Shown one piece after another: positions 38,092 to 47,265 of a DNA stretch of 64,000 bases. A program made the translations under genes and the position numbers. The notes beneath the pieces were generated by a model that searched no databases, was not told the DNA's origin, and saw nothing but the letters and a program-made list of their open reading frames with translations. The first letter of the stretch is position 1. Each line of letters begins with the position of its first letter. Origin of the DNA: an uncultured Muribaculaceae bacterium (lineage in GTDB: Bacteria; Bacillota_I; Bacilli_A; RF39; UBA660); the NCBI GenBank assembly GCA_964370755.1, contig CAYJKL010000001.1, positions 9,046-73,045 on the forward strand, written 5' to 3'.

Positions 38092-38121
38092 AAAAAAAAA
38101 TCACATTAAAATTTTAATGTG
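38092..38121 (-). terminator. Hairpin plus T9 tract between rpmH and rnpA (probable partial terminator/attenuator)
   Basis: A perfect 20-bp palindrome CACATTAAAATTTTAATGTG (38102-38121) overlaps the rpmH stop. On the minus strand it is followed by ATTTTTTTTT, then GGAGG and the rnpA ATG. Confidence 0.5.
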
Positions 38122-38242
38122 TTAATTCTTTACGACCTTTTTTACGTCTTCTTGAAACAATACCAGTATCTGCTGCTTTTCTAGCAAAAAAGCCATGAGT
38201 TTTTTTAGTTTTTCTTTTATTTGGTTGCCATGTTCTTTTCAT
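38114..38242 (-). CDS. rpmH: 50S ribosomal protein L34 (absent from the ORF track)
   Basis: My translation: [42 protein letters not shown], preceded by AAAGGAGTG. Confidence 0.9.
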   Translation of the reverse strand: MKRTWQPNKRKTKKTHGFFARKAADTGIVSRRRKKGRKELTH

Positions 38243-38274
38243 AATTACAATCACTCCTTTTTTAATGCTACATT

Positions 38275-38304
38275 ATTATAATATTAAAATTGCTAAAAAG
38301 TCAA
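38275..38304 (-). promoter_or_regulatory. Putative sigma-A promoter of rpmH-rnpA (TTGACT - 18 nt - TATAAT on the minus strand)
   Basis: The -35 is at 38304..38299 and the -10 at 38280..38275, about 30 nt upstream of the rpmH ATG. Confidence 0.5.
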
Positions 38305-38352
38305 GGAATTTATCGGTTTATTCCTTTAAATGTGTATAATTTTATGTTTATT

Positions 38353-39342
38353 TTATCTTTTTTTTCTAACATTTTTGTATTCTGTAATATATTTTTCATA
38401 ATAACTTGCGTATTTATCAAGTATAAATTTTTCTGCTTCTCTAGCAACATTTGTATTAGGTTGTTCTATATCGAATGCATGGAAACAACCTTCAAATATT
38501 GCAAATTCGACGGGAACATTACTTTCTTTTAATTTTTCAATGTAGTTTTTAGTTTCTATATAAAATGGATCTAGGGTTCCTATTAATGATATTGTTGGAG
38601 GAAGATCACATAAATTATTTTCTTTGCTTACTGATGCATAACTCGGAATTTCAAGATTATTATTATATAAGTTACTTAAATATGCTTCCCAACCTAATCT
38701 ATTAGAAGCGGTTCCCCACATAGGACTTTCTATATACCTATTTACATCGTATGGTTGTGTACAATCTATCATTGGATATATTGGAAGTTGAAATGCAATA
38801 TCAATATCTTCCTTATTTCTTACTAACAATGATGTTGCAGTTGTTAAACCTCCTCCGGCACTTGGACCTCCAACTATAAAACGATCTTTGTATATTCCAA
38901 TATCACCATGGTTATTTTTAGCCCATAATAAACTATCATAGCAGTCATTTATTGCTGCTGGATAAGGTTCTTCGAAAGCTTTTCTATATTTTGGGGAAAC
39001 TATTATACATCTTTTTTTATTAATGAACTTTTCAATACAATCCTCATACATCTCTGGATTTCCGGTGATATAACCACCTCCATGTATATACAAAAATAGA
39101 GGAATAGGCGTTTCTACATTCTCAGGTTTATATATTTTTAATTTCAAATCGTTATTAGTTTGGGTAACTATACTTTCTTCTGTAATTTTTATATTTTCTC
39201 TTTTTTTTGATTTTGAAAAATATTTTAAATATAAATTATGAGCTACAACAAAGTTCTTATTTGACAATAACTTAGCAATCAACATATACTTATCATAATT
39301 TGATTTTAAATCTCTGTGTAACATATTTTTCGTAACTTTCAT
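38353..39342 (-). CDS. Alpha/beta hydrolase fold-3 esterase/lipase (HSL/arylacetamide deacetylase-like)
   Basis: Oxyanion motif YIHGGGY, nucleophile elbow GGPSAGG (GxSxG), and C-terminal Asp/His regions (LIGTLDPF, GCFHAF). Confidence 0.8.
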   Translation of the reverse strand: MKVTKNMLHRDLKSNYDKYMLIAKLLSNKNFVVAHNLYLKYFSKSKKRENIKITEESIVTQTNNDLKLKIYKPENVETPIPLFLYIHGGGYITGNPEMYEDCIEKFINKKRCIIVSPKYRKAFEEPYPAAINDCYDSLLWAKNNHGDIGIYKDRFIVGGPSAGGGLTTATSLLVRNKEDIDIAFQLPIYPMIDCTQPYDVNRYIESPMWGTASNRLGWEAYLSNLYNNNLEIPSYASVSKENNLCDLPPTISLIGTLDPFYIETKNYIEKLKESNVPVEFAIFEGCFHAFDIEQPNTNVAREAEKFILDKYASYYEKYITEYKNVRKKR

Positions 39343-39552
39343 TTTTTCACCTACAAATTTGTTATATTATATTAATATAATATACTAAAGTCAAGATTAC
39401 CTTTCCTGAAAAATAAATATCTGCTGTGTCAAATTAATATTTTTCTAATAGATTAATACACTTTTAATTATTATAAACATGGTTAAAATCATGTTTTTTT
39501 ATATTTACTATAATCTAAGTATATTAATTAAGTTTGGATTAAAGACAAATTT

Positions 39553-40275
39553 TTACTCTATATAATCTTTAATATTGTATCCATCTTTAAATTCAATAAA
39601 TTTTGATATTCTTGGATGGATTGCTCTTTTTGGACAATTGTATATACAATTCATACATAGTATACAATTTAGTCCAAATTTTGGTTTATTTTTCATTTTT
39701 ATATTTTTTTGTGGACAACTTTTAATACATTTACCACATTTTATACAACTTTTATTTGCTTTTAACTCTAGTCCAAATAACTTTACAAAAAAAGATTCTA
39801 ATAAATGTACTATGATTAGTGATTTTGATAATAAAGATATTTTTATATTAGTTTTTTTGTTATTAATTATATCACTGTAAATTTGATTTATTTCCTCAAC
39901 TGATTTTTCAATTATTTCTTTTCCATACTTTTTATCAAATTTTTTTACTATAGTTAGTGGCATAGCTAGTACTTTATATGTAGAAATATCTATCTTTTCT
40001 TTTTTTGCTTTGTTAATTAGATGTATTCCTGCTGCGCTATTAATTTTTTCTTTGTTACACCCTACAGCTATTATACTTAATTTTTTTATGTTAGTAACTT
40101 TCTTAGATAATTTTAACGGAATTCTAAAAGCATGAATAGAGCTCATTATGATTAAGTGGTCACAATTTACTTCTTCTTCTATGTTAATTATTTCACAATT
40201 TAGTTTTTTTGATAGAATTGTTGCTAAAAATTTTGTGTTACCTGTTGGGCTAAATGATAATATTTGATATTTCAT
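39553..40275 (-). CDS. Flavodoxin-like protein fused to a 2x[4Fe-4S] ferredoxin domain (EFR1-family-like)
   Basis: N-terminal flavodoxin-type loop ILSFSPTGNT. Two cluster motifs: CIKCGKCIKSCP and CILCMNCIYNCP. Confidence 0.65.
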   Translation of the reverse strand: MKYQILSFSPTGNTKFLATILSKKLNCEIINIEEEVNCDHLIIMSSIHAFRIPLKLSKKVTNIKKLSIIAVGCNKEKINSAAGIHLINKAKKEKIDISTYKVLAMPLTIVKKFDKKYGKEIIEKSVEEINQIYSDIINNKKTNIKISLLSKSLIIVHLLESFFVKLFGLELKANKSCIKCGKCIKSCPQKNIKMKNKPKFGLNCILCMNCIYNCPKRAIHPRISKFIEFKDGYNIKDYIE

Positions 40276-40279
40276 GTTA

Positions 40280-40636
40280 CTAACTTGGTATTATTTCAAT
40301 CCAGTATCCATCCGGATCTGATATAAAATATATTCCCATCTCTTTATTCTCATAACAAATGCAGTCCATCTTTTTATGTTTATTATAACTTTCTTCAAAA
40401 TTATCAGTTTTTAATGCTAGATGAATTTCATTATCTCCTAGATTATATTTTTCTTTTCTATCATGTAAATAAGTTAACTCGATTGTAAAATCTGTTTTTT
40501 TGTCTGTTAAATATACTAAAGTAAAATTTTCTTTTTTATATTCTTTCTTTATTTCTAAATCTAGTGCTTCTTGATAAAATTTTATACTTTTTTCTAAATT
40601 TAAAACATTAAAGTTAAAATGTGCTAGTTTATACAT
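40280..40636 (-). CDS. VOC-family protein (glyoxalase I/lactoylglutathione lyase-like)
   Basis: 118 aa. N-terminus is LAHFNFNVLNLEKSIKFYQEALDLE; C-terminus is FISDPDGYWIEIIP. Confidence 0.8.
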   Translation of the reverse strand: MYKLAHFNFNVLNLEKSIKFYQEALDLEIKKEYKKENFTLVYLTDKKTDFTIELTYLHDRKEKYNLGDNEIHLALKTDNFEESYNKHKKMDCICYENKEMGIYFISDPDGYWIEIIPS

Positions 40637-40699
40637 TGTTTTTCTCCTTCAAAATAATTATATCAACTTATAATTAAAAATACTAGATATGATTTTGCT

Positions 40700-40960
40700 G
40701 TTTTTAATGTTGATAACTTTATGTGTATTTTTTTAGTAACACATTTTTAAACATAGTTATTAACATTTTACATTTCGATTTTTCTTTTAAATTCGACAAA
40801 TTTCGACTTTATTCACAAATTAACACCTATTAACATTTCTTAAAACAACACATAACTTATAAATGTTGGTTTGTTAATTGCAATTTGTTGATAAATGTTA
40901 ATAAGTATTTTTTTCTTGTAAATAAAAGCAATTTTGTGTTGATAAGTATGTGGAAAAAAT
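40700..40960. promoter_or_regulatory. oriC upstream module / dnaA promoter region: cluster of DnaA boxes (TTATCCACA-like)
   Basis: TGTTGATAA (complement of TTATCAACA) at 40708-40716, 40886-40894 and 40937-40945. TTATTCACA at 40809-40817. TGTGGAAAA (complement of TTTTCCACA) at 40949-40957. Weaker TTATTAACA-type boxes at 40757-40765 and 40896-40904. The gene-strand switch occurs here. Confidence 0.7.
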
Positions 40961-41039
40961 GTTATTATTATTTTAGACTTTATTTTTTGGTGAAAATGAT
41001 ATACAATTTTAAGTAAGTTGCAAGTAATGGGGTGAGGAT

Positions 41040-42386
41040 TTGAAAACTAATGAACTATTTAATAAATTTCTAAATGAGCTGGCTAATCAGTTAACTCCTA
41101 ATACTTATAGTATTTGGTTTTCAAAACTTGAGCTTGTTTCTATAACTGATGATGTTGTTACTATTAAAGTTCCAATGAATGTACATAAGACGATGCTGAG
41201 TGATAACTATTATAATGTTATTAACTCAACTTTTTATTCTATAACAGGTAAAGATTATACTTTTAAATTTGTTTTAGAAGAAGAACTTAATGATGTTACT
41301 AAAGTTATTGATACACCTAGTGCTGAAGAAGAACATGATTGGCATACTAATCTAAATACTGATCACGTATTTAATAATTATGTAGTTGGCGATACTAATA
41401 GACTTGCATTTATTGCGTCCAAGGCCGTTGCTGAAGCGCCTGGCACTATCCATAATCCTCTCTTTTTATACGGAAGAAGTGGTTTAGGTAAAACACATTT
41501 AATGCATGCTATAGGAAATTATGTTACTGAAAATACTAATAAAAAAGTTTTGTATACCACAAGTAATGACTTTATGACTGATTTTACTGGTATAGCTAAC
41601 ATTGATAAGGGTATTAATAGTATAAACTACGCTAATGAATTTAAGAATAAATATCGTAATGTTGATGTACTAATGATTGATGATATTCAGTTTTTAGTAG
41701 GAGCTGAGCGGACACAACAAGAGTTTTTTCATACATTTAATGCACTTCATCAAATGAATAAACAAATTATTATTACTAGTGATAGATCACCTGATGATTT
41801 AAAGAAAATTGAGGAACGCCTCAGAAGCCGCTTTAAATGGGGACTTCCTGTTGATATTTATCCACCAGATTTTAATCTAAGGTGTGAAATTATTAAAGCA
41901 AAAATCAAGAATAATATTATTGGTAAGAAAGTTGATAGTGATGTTATTGAATATATTGCTAATAGTTGTCCTAATGATGTTAGACATATAGAAGGTACTA
42001 TTAATAGATTAATGGCTTATACAGCTATGATGATTCCTACTAAGATTAATCTAGATTTTGCTATTGAAGCATTAAAAGATTATGTTAATAACAATGTTTA
42101 TTCTGATAATTCTATTTCAAATATACAACAAGTTGTTGCAGAATATTATAAAATTACTGTTGATGATATGAAAAGTAAGAAGAGAAATAGTAAAATTATT
42201 AGACCAAGACATGTTGCTATGTATTTATGTAGAAATGAAACTAGTGAAAATTTAGCAAAAATTGGTCTTGACTTTGGAGGACGTGATCATTCTACTGTTA
42301 TTGCTGCTTGTGAAAAGGTAAAACATGACTTAGAAAGTGATAAAGAACTTGATAAAGTGTTGAAAGAAATCAAAGAAAAGTTATAA
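41040..42386 (+). CDS. dnaA: Chromosomal replication initiator protein DnaA
   Basis: TTG start after GGTGAGGA. Walker A GRSGLGKTHL, box VII, and the C-terminal DnaA signature RPRHVAMYLCRNETSENLAKIGLDFGGRDHSTV. Confidence 0.97.
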   Translation: MKTNELFNKFLNELANQLTPNTYSIWFSKLELVSITDDVVTIKVPMNVHKTMLSDNYYNVINSTFYSITGKDYTFKFVLEEELNDVTKVIDTPSAEEEHDWHTNLNTDHVFNNYVVGDTNRLAFIASKAVAEAPGTIHNPLFLYGRSGLGKTHLMHAIGNYVTENTNKKVLYTTSNDFMTDFTGIANIDKGINSINYANEFKNKYRNVDVLMIDDIQFLVGAERTQQEFFHTFNALHQMNKQIIITSDRSPDDLKKIEERLRSRFKWGLPVDIYPPDFNLRCEIIKAKIKNNIIGKKVDSDVIEYIANSCPNDVRHIEGTINRLMAYTAMMIPTKINLDFAIEALKDYVNNNVYSDNSISNIQQVVAEYYKITVDDMKSKKRNSKIIRPRHVAMYLCRNETSENLAKIGLDFGGRDHSTVIAACEKVKHDLESDKELDKVLKEIKEKL

Positions 42387-42388
42387 AA

Positions 42389-42499
42389 TGTTGATAACTT
42401 TTAGTAACTAACACCTGTATCTTAGGGAAATTTATAAAGTTATTAACATTATCAACATTGTTATTATAAATAATATATAAAAAGAAAGAAGGTAAAAAA
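42389..42499. promoter_or_regulatory. oriC downstream module (dnaA-dnaN spacer): DnaA boxes followed by an AT-only stretch (candidate unwinding region)
   Basis: TGTTGATAA at 42389-42397. Two abutting head-to-tail boxes, TTATTAACA (42440-42448) and TTATCAACA (42449-42457), are followed by TTGTTATTATAAATAATATATAAAAAG. Confidence 0.6.
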
Positions 42500-43618
42500 A
42501 TGAAATTTTCAATTGAAAAAAATATTATATTAGATGCTCTAGTAAATGTTACTAAAGCATTATCTCAAAAAGTTACTATTCCTGTACTTAATGGAATAAA
42601 ATTTGAACTAACTAAAGAAGGATTAACTCTTCTTGCAAGTGACTCAGAACTTACTATTAAAATAAGTGTTGATGAAAAGGAAATAAAAAATATAGAAAAT
42701 ACTGGGATTTCTATTATTCAAAGTAAATATATTCTTGATATTATTAGAAAAATGCCAAGTGATGTTATTAACTTTGATGCTGATGATACTAAGGTTAAAA
42801 TTTATTCTGATACAAATGAATTTAGTTTAAATTGTTATGATGTAAATGATTATCCTAACTTTAAACTTGAAACTAGTAAGAATAATTTTAAAATTACTTC
42901 TGGTGAATTTAAAAAGATAATTGATCAAACATCATATGCTATGAGTACTCAAGAGCTTAGACCTCTTTTAACTGGACTTAATATAGCGCTTTCTAATGGT
43001 AATTTAGAATGTATTGCAACTGATTCTTATAGACTTGCTAAGAAAACAATGGCCGTTTCTTCTAATTTATCTGAAGATATTAATATTGTAGTTCCTGGAA
43101 GAAGTATTATTGAATTTAATAAAATTATTGATGATAGTGATGAAGAAATAGAAATAAATGTATTTAATAATAAAATAATGTTCGTTTATAAAAATATTTT
43201 TGTTCAAAGTAACCTTTTAAATGGTACTTATCCACAAACTTCTCACTTTATTCCAGATGATTTTTCTTATATGATTAATCTTGATTTAAGAAGTTTTTAC
43301 GACGCTATTGATAGAGCTTCATTACTTGCTTCTAATAAAGATAAAAATATTATTAAACTTAATATTAAAGAAAAAGAAATGTTAATAACTAGTACTGCTT
43401 CAGAAATTGGTAAAACTGAAGAGAAAATTATTATTGAAAGTAATAAAATAGATAAAATAGAAATTTCTATTAGTTCTAAGTATTTAATGGATGCTTTAAA
43501 AGTTATTAAAGATGATAATATTTTACTTCTTCTTAATAGTGATGATAAGCCAGTTATTATTAAATCTGTAAATGACGAGAATTTTACTTCGTTGATTTTA
43601 CCTATTAAAACGTTTTAA
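42500..43618 (+). CDS. dnaN: DNA polymerase III beta sliding clamp
   Basis: 372 aa. MKFSIEKNIILDALVNVTKALS..., three-domain length, canonical position after dnaA. Confidence 0.95.
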   Translation: MKFSIEKNIILDALVNVTKALSQKVTIPVLNGIKFELTKEGLTLLASDSELTIKISVDEKEIKNIENTGISIIQSKYILDIIRKMPSDVINFDADDTKVKIYSDTNEFSLNCYDVNDYPNFKLETSKNNFKITSGEFKKIIDQTSYAMSTQELRPLLTGLNIALSNGNLECIATDSYRLAKKTMAVSSNLSEDINIVVPGRSIIEFNKIIDDSDEEIEINVFNNKIMFVYKNIFVQSNLLNGTYPQTSHFIPDDFSYMINLDLRSFYDAIDRASLLASNKDKNIIKLNIKEKEMLITSTASEIGKTEEKIIIESNKIDKIEISISSKYLMDALKVIKDDNILLLLNSDDKPVIIKSVNDENFTSLILPIKTF

Positions 43619-43689
43619 TAACAAAATGTGACAATTTATTTAAGATTTTTATGTTAAAGTAGCATAAAAATTTTTTTATGGGGGAATTT

Positions 43690-44133
43690 ATGCAAAATAA
43701 TATAATTGATTTTGATACTTATGCTGTTATACCAGGGGTTAATGGTTCAAAAATTGTTAATAAGTTTAAAGTTTTTTTTGACTATAGAAACGTTAGGTCT
43801 ATTGTTAATTCTAGTTGTAAGTATTATGGAAGTAGTTTGGATGGCAGAATTAGTGGATCTAAAGAGATGCTTGGTATTTCGTATAAGGTTCCTATTATTG
43901 TTAGCGAAAACTTCAATTTGATATTTTTTCCAACGTCTTCTCCTAGGAGTGATGATTGTGTCTGGATAAATTTATGTGCTATTTTAGAATATAAGAGTAA
44001 ATCTAAAAATTTGGTGTTGGTAACTTTTAAAAATGGTAAAAAAGTGGTCTTAAATATTAGTTTCGGAGTGCTTGAGAAACAAATTTTGAGAGCTTCTCGT
44101 TTGGAAAGTATTTTTTTAGCAAGAAAAAGATGA
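43690..44133 (+). CDS. comK: ComK-family protein (competence transcription factor-like)
   Basis: SCKYYGSSLDGRISGSKEMLGISYKVPIIVSENFNLIFFPTSSPRSDDCVWINL...VTFKNGKKVVLNISFGVLEKQILRASRL aligns by eye with B. subtilis ComK SCRFFGSSYAGRKAGTYEVTKISHKPPIMV...IFLFPTLSSTRPQCGWI...VTFSNGKTMELPISYNSFENQVYRTAWL (recalled from memory). Start at 43690 after GGGGGA. Confidence 0.75.
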   Translation: MQNNIIDFDTYAVIPGVNGSKIVNKFKVFFDYRNVRSIVNSSCKYYGSSLDGRISGSKEMLGISYKVPIIVSENFNLIFFPTSSPRSDDCVWINLCAILEYKSKSKNLVLVTFKNGKKVVLNISFGVLEKQILRASRLESIFLARKR

Positions 44134-44234
44134 TTTTTCTTTTTTTATAGGTGAATTTATGATATAATTATAATGTGTATAGGAGTACGTAAAATAGATG
44201 TAAGTATTCTAAAAATATCATTTATGGGGTAAAT

Positions 44235-45338
44235 ATGGAATTAACTAATATTAAACTTAATAATTTTAGAAATTATGAGAAGCTAGATTTAAAATTTTCT
44301 AAAAATTATAATATTTTTTATGGAAATAATGGATCTGGAAAAACTAATTTAGTAGAAGCTATATATTTACTTGCACTTACTAAATCGTTTCGAGTAAATG
44401 ATGATAAATTAATGATTAAACTTGGTGAAAATGGGCTTTTAGTTGAAGGAAAAGTTAAAACTAAAGTTAACACTAGGTATAAAATTTCTATAGATAAAGA
44501 AGGTAATAAAATTACCACTATAGATAATGGAAAAAGCAGTTTAATCAGTGATTATATTTCTAATATTAATGTTATTTTGTTTAATCCAGAGGATGTTAAT
44601 TTAATTAATAATACACCAACAGAGAGAAGAAAGTTACTTAATATTGAAATTAGTAAAATGAATAAGGAATATTTACTGTTACTAAACACTTATAATAAAA
44701 TTTTAAAGCATCGTAATTCGTATTTAAAAGACGCCTCAGCGCGCAAAAATTTATCTATTGAGTATTTAGATGTTCTTACTAGTAAACTCATCGAAATGGG
44801 GCTTAAAATAAGAAATTATAGAGAAACCTTTATTAAAGATATAAATAACTATATTTCTAATATTTATAAAGATATATTTGGTTATGGGGAACTTAAAGTT
44901 ACTTATGTAAGTGAGTTTTTGAATAAAGATGCTGTAAAAATTAGTGAAAATTTTGCAAAAAATTATAAGAAAGAACTACAATTTGGTAAAACTCTTCTTG
45001 GAGTTCATCATGATGATATAGTATTTATACTTGATGGAGTTAAACTTAAAGACTTTGGAAGTGTTGGACAACATAAAAATAGTATAATTGCTTTTAAACT
45101 TGCAGAAATAGAAATGATAAAAAAAGAAAAAAATGAGAATCCTATACTTATTTTAGATGATTTATTTAGTGAAATTGACAGTGAAAAAGCTAGGAATATA
45201 ATTAAAATACTAGATAATAACATTCAAGTATTTATTACTACTACTAGTATTGATAATGTAGTTGGTTTAGATATAAAAAAAAGTAAGTCATTTAAAGTAA
45301 CTAAAGGAAAAATTGAGGAGGAAAGAAATGGAAAATAA
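44235..45338 (+). CDS. recF: DNA replication and repair protein RecF
   Basis: Walker [15 protein letters not shown], signature region [17 protein letters not shown], Walker B ILILDD. Confidence 0.9.
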   Translation: MELTNIKLNNFRNYEKLDLKFSKNYNIFYGNNGSGKTNLVEAIYLLALTKSFRVNDDKLMIKLGENGLLVEGKVKTKVNTRYKISIDKEGNKITTIDNGKSSLISDYISNINVILFNPEDVNLINNTPTERRKLLNIEISKMNKEYLLLLNTYNKILKHRNSYLKDASARKNLSIEYLDVLTSKLIEMGLKIRNYRETFIKDINNYISNIYKDIFGYGELKVTYVSEFLNKDAVKISENFAKNYKKELQFGKTLLGVHHDDIVFILDGVKLKDFGSVGQHKNSIIAFKLAEIEMIKKEKNENPILILDDLFSEIDSEKARNIIKILDNNIQVFITTTSIDNVVGLDIKKSKSFKVTKGKIEEERNGK

Positions 45339-47253
45339 TGTAAATTATGGCGATAGTGATATTCAAGTACTTGAAGGCCTAGAAGCCGTAAGAAAAAGAC
45401 CTGGTATGTACATTGGTACAACTAGTGAAAAAGGTCTTCATCATCTTGTTTGGGAAATTGTTGATAATGCTGTTGATGAAGCTTTAGCTGGATATTGTGA
45501 TGATATTGAAGTTACTATTGAAAAAGGTAATATAATTTGTGTTAAAGATGATGGTAGAGGTATTCCAACGGGAACTAATGCAAAAACTGGATTATCTACT
45601 GTTGAAACTATATTTACAGTACTTCATGCTGGAGGTAAATTTGGAGGAGAAGGATATAAAGTATCTGGAGGTCTTCATGGTGTAGGTGCATCAGTTGTTA
45701 ATGCCTTATCTACTTGGCTTGAAGTTACTATTAATAGAGATGGTAACACGTACTTTCAAAGATTTGAAAATGGAGGTACTGCAACTGAACCGCTAAAAAT
45801 TATAGGTAATTATGAAGACGATAGATCAGGATCTATGATTAGATTTAAAGCTGATCCTGAAATATTTAAGGAAACTACTGTGTATAACTATGATACTCTT
45901 CATAAAAGATTACAAGAAATTGCATTCTTAAATAAAGGTCTTAGAATTATTTTAACTGACGACCGTGAAGATGATAAAAAAGATACATTTTTATATAATG
46001 GTGGTATTATTGAGTATGTAAACCTACTTAATAAAATTAAAAAGCCTTTACATGAAAATGTTATATATGTTGAAGGAGAAGAAGCTGGAATTTCCCTAGA
46101 AATAGCGCTTCAATATAATGATAGTTACAATCAATCAATATATTCATATACAAATAATATTAACACTCATGAAGGTGGAACTCATGAAGATGGTGTTAAG
46201 AATGCTTTAACTAGAATTATTAATAATTATGCTAAAAGTAATAAAATTTTAAAAGATAATGAAGAATCATTATTAGGTGATGATTGCCGTGAAGGAATTA
46301 CAATGGTTATATCTTGTAAACATCCTGATCCTCAGTTTGAAGGACAAACTAAAACTAAACTTGGGAATGCTGAAGTTAGAAAAATAGCAAGTGATGTATT
46401 TAGTGAAGGTTTTGAAAGATTTTTACTTGAAAATCCTCCAGTTGCTAAGCAAATAGTTGAAAAAGCTATGACAGCTTCTAGAGCAAGAATGGCTGCTAAA
46501 AAAGCTAGAGAGTTTGCTAGACGTAAAGGTGGTCTTGAGATTACTAATCAATGGGGAAAACTTACTGACTGTTCTTCGAAAGATCCTAGTATTTCTGAAC
46601 TATTTATAGTCGAAGGGGATTCTGCAGGTGGTTCTGCTAAAGGTGGAAGAGACCCTAAAACTCAAGCAATACTTCCTCTTAGAGGTAAAATATTAAATGT
46701 TGAAAAAGCTAGACTTGATAAAGCACTCGCAAATGAAGAGATTAGAAGTTTAATTACAGCATTTGGTACTGGTATTGGTGAAGATTTCGATGTTGAGAAA
46801 CTTAGATATCATAAAATAATTATCATGACTGATGCCGATGTTGATGGATCTCATATTAGAACTCTTCTTTTAACACTATTTTATCGTATGTTTAAGAAGA
46901 TTATAGAAGATGGGTATGTTTATATAGCACAGCCACCTTTATACAACATTAAGCATGGTAAAACGACTAAATACGCACTTAATGATGAAGAGTTAAATGC
47001 ATATATGAGTACATTACCTGAAAATGTAAGAGCTAAAGCTGAAGTTGGAAGAAACAAAGGACTTGGTGAAATGGATGCTCATGAACTTTGTGACACTACA
47101 ATGAATATTGAAAATAGAACATTATTAAAAGTAACAATAGAAGATGCTATCTTAGCAGATAAAGTATTTGAAACACTTATGGGTGAAGAAGTTGAACCTA
47201 GAAGAGAGTTTATAGAAACTAATGCTAGATATGCTGAAAATATAGATGTATAG
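45328..47253 (+). CDS. gyrB: DNA gyrase subunit B
   Basis: [28 protein letters not shown] ATPase, Toprim [17 protein letters not shown]. Start at 45328 after GAGGAGGAAAG. Confidence 0.97.
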   Translation: MENNVNYGDSDIQVLEGLEAVRKRPGMYIGTTSEKGLHHLVWEIVDNAVDEALAGYCDDIEVTIEKGNIICVKDDGRGIPTGTNAKTGLSTVETIFTVLHAGGKFGGEGYKVSGGLHGVGASVVNALSTWLEVTINRDGNTYFQRFENGGTATEPLKIIGNYEDDRSGSMIRFKADPEIFKETTVYNYDTLHKRLQEIAFLNKGLRIILTDDREDDKKDTFLYNGGIIEYVNLLNKIKKPLHENVIYVEGEEAGISLEIALQYNDSYNQSIYSYTNNINTHEGGTHEDGVKNALTRIINNYAKSNKILKDNEESLLGDDCREGITMVISCKHPDPQFEGQTKTKLGNAEVRKIASDVFSEGFERFLLENPPVAKQIVEKAMTASRARMAAKKAREFARRKGGLEITNQWGKLTDCSSKDPSISELFIVEGDSAGGSAKGGRDPKTQAILPLRGKILNVEKARLDKALANEEIRSLITAFGTGIGEDFDVEKLRYHKIIIMTDADVDGSHIRTLLLTLFYRMFKKIIEDGYVYIAQPPLYNIKHGKTTKYALNDEELNAYMSTLPENVRAKAEVGRNKGLGEMDAHELCDTTMNIENRTLLKVTIEDAILADKVFETLMGEEVEPRREFIETNARYAENIDV

Positions 47254-47265
47254 GAGGTGCTTATA

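Noticed and set aside
38353-40636. Possible mobile element or genomic island between rpmH and dnaA
   Set aside because: I could see no integrase, transposase, inverted or direct terminal repeats, or tRNA target. I kept it only as a synteny oddity.
43706-43921. Tracked 71-aa ORF in an alternative frame within the ComK-like gene
   Set aside because: It overlaps the frame that gives clear ComK-family motifs. There is no independent support.
44134-44234. Looked for the small S4-domain gene yaaA/remB usually found between dnaN and recF
   Set aside because: Only a 19-codon ORF without an RBS (MCIGVRKIDVSILKISFMG) is present, and it has no similarity to YaaA.
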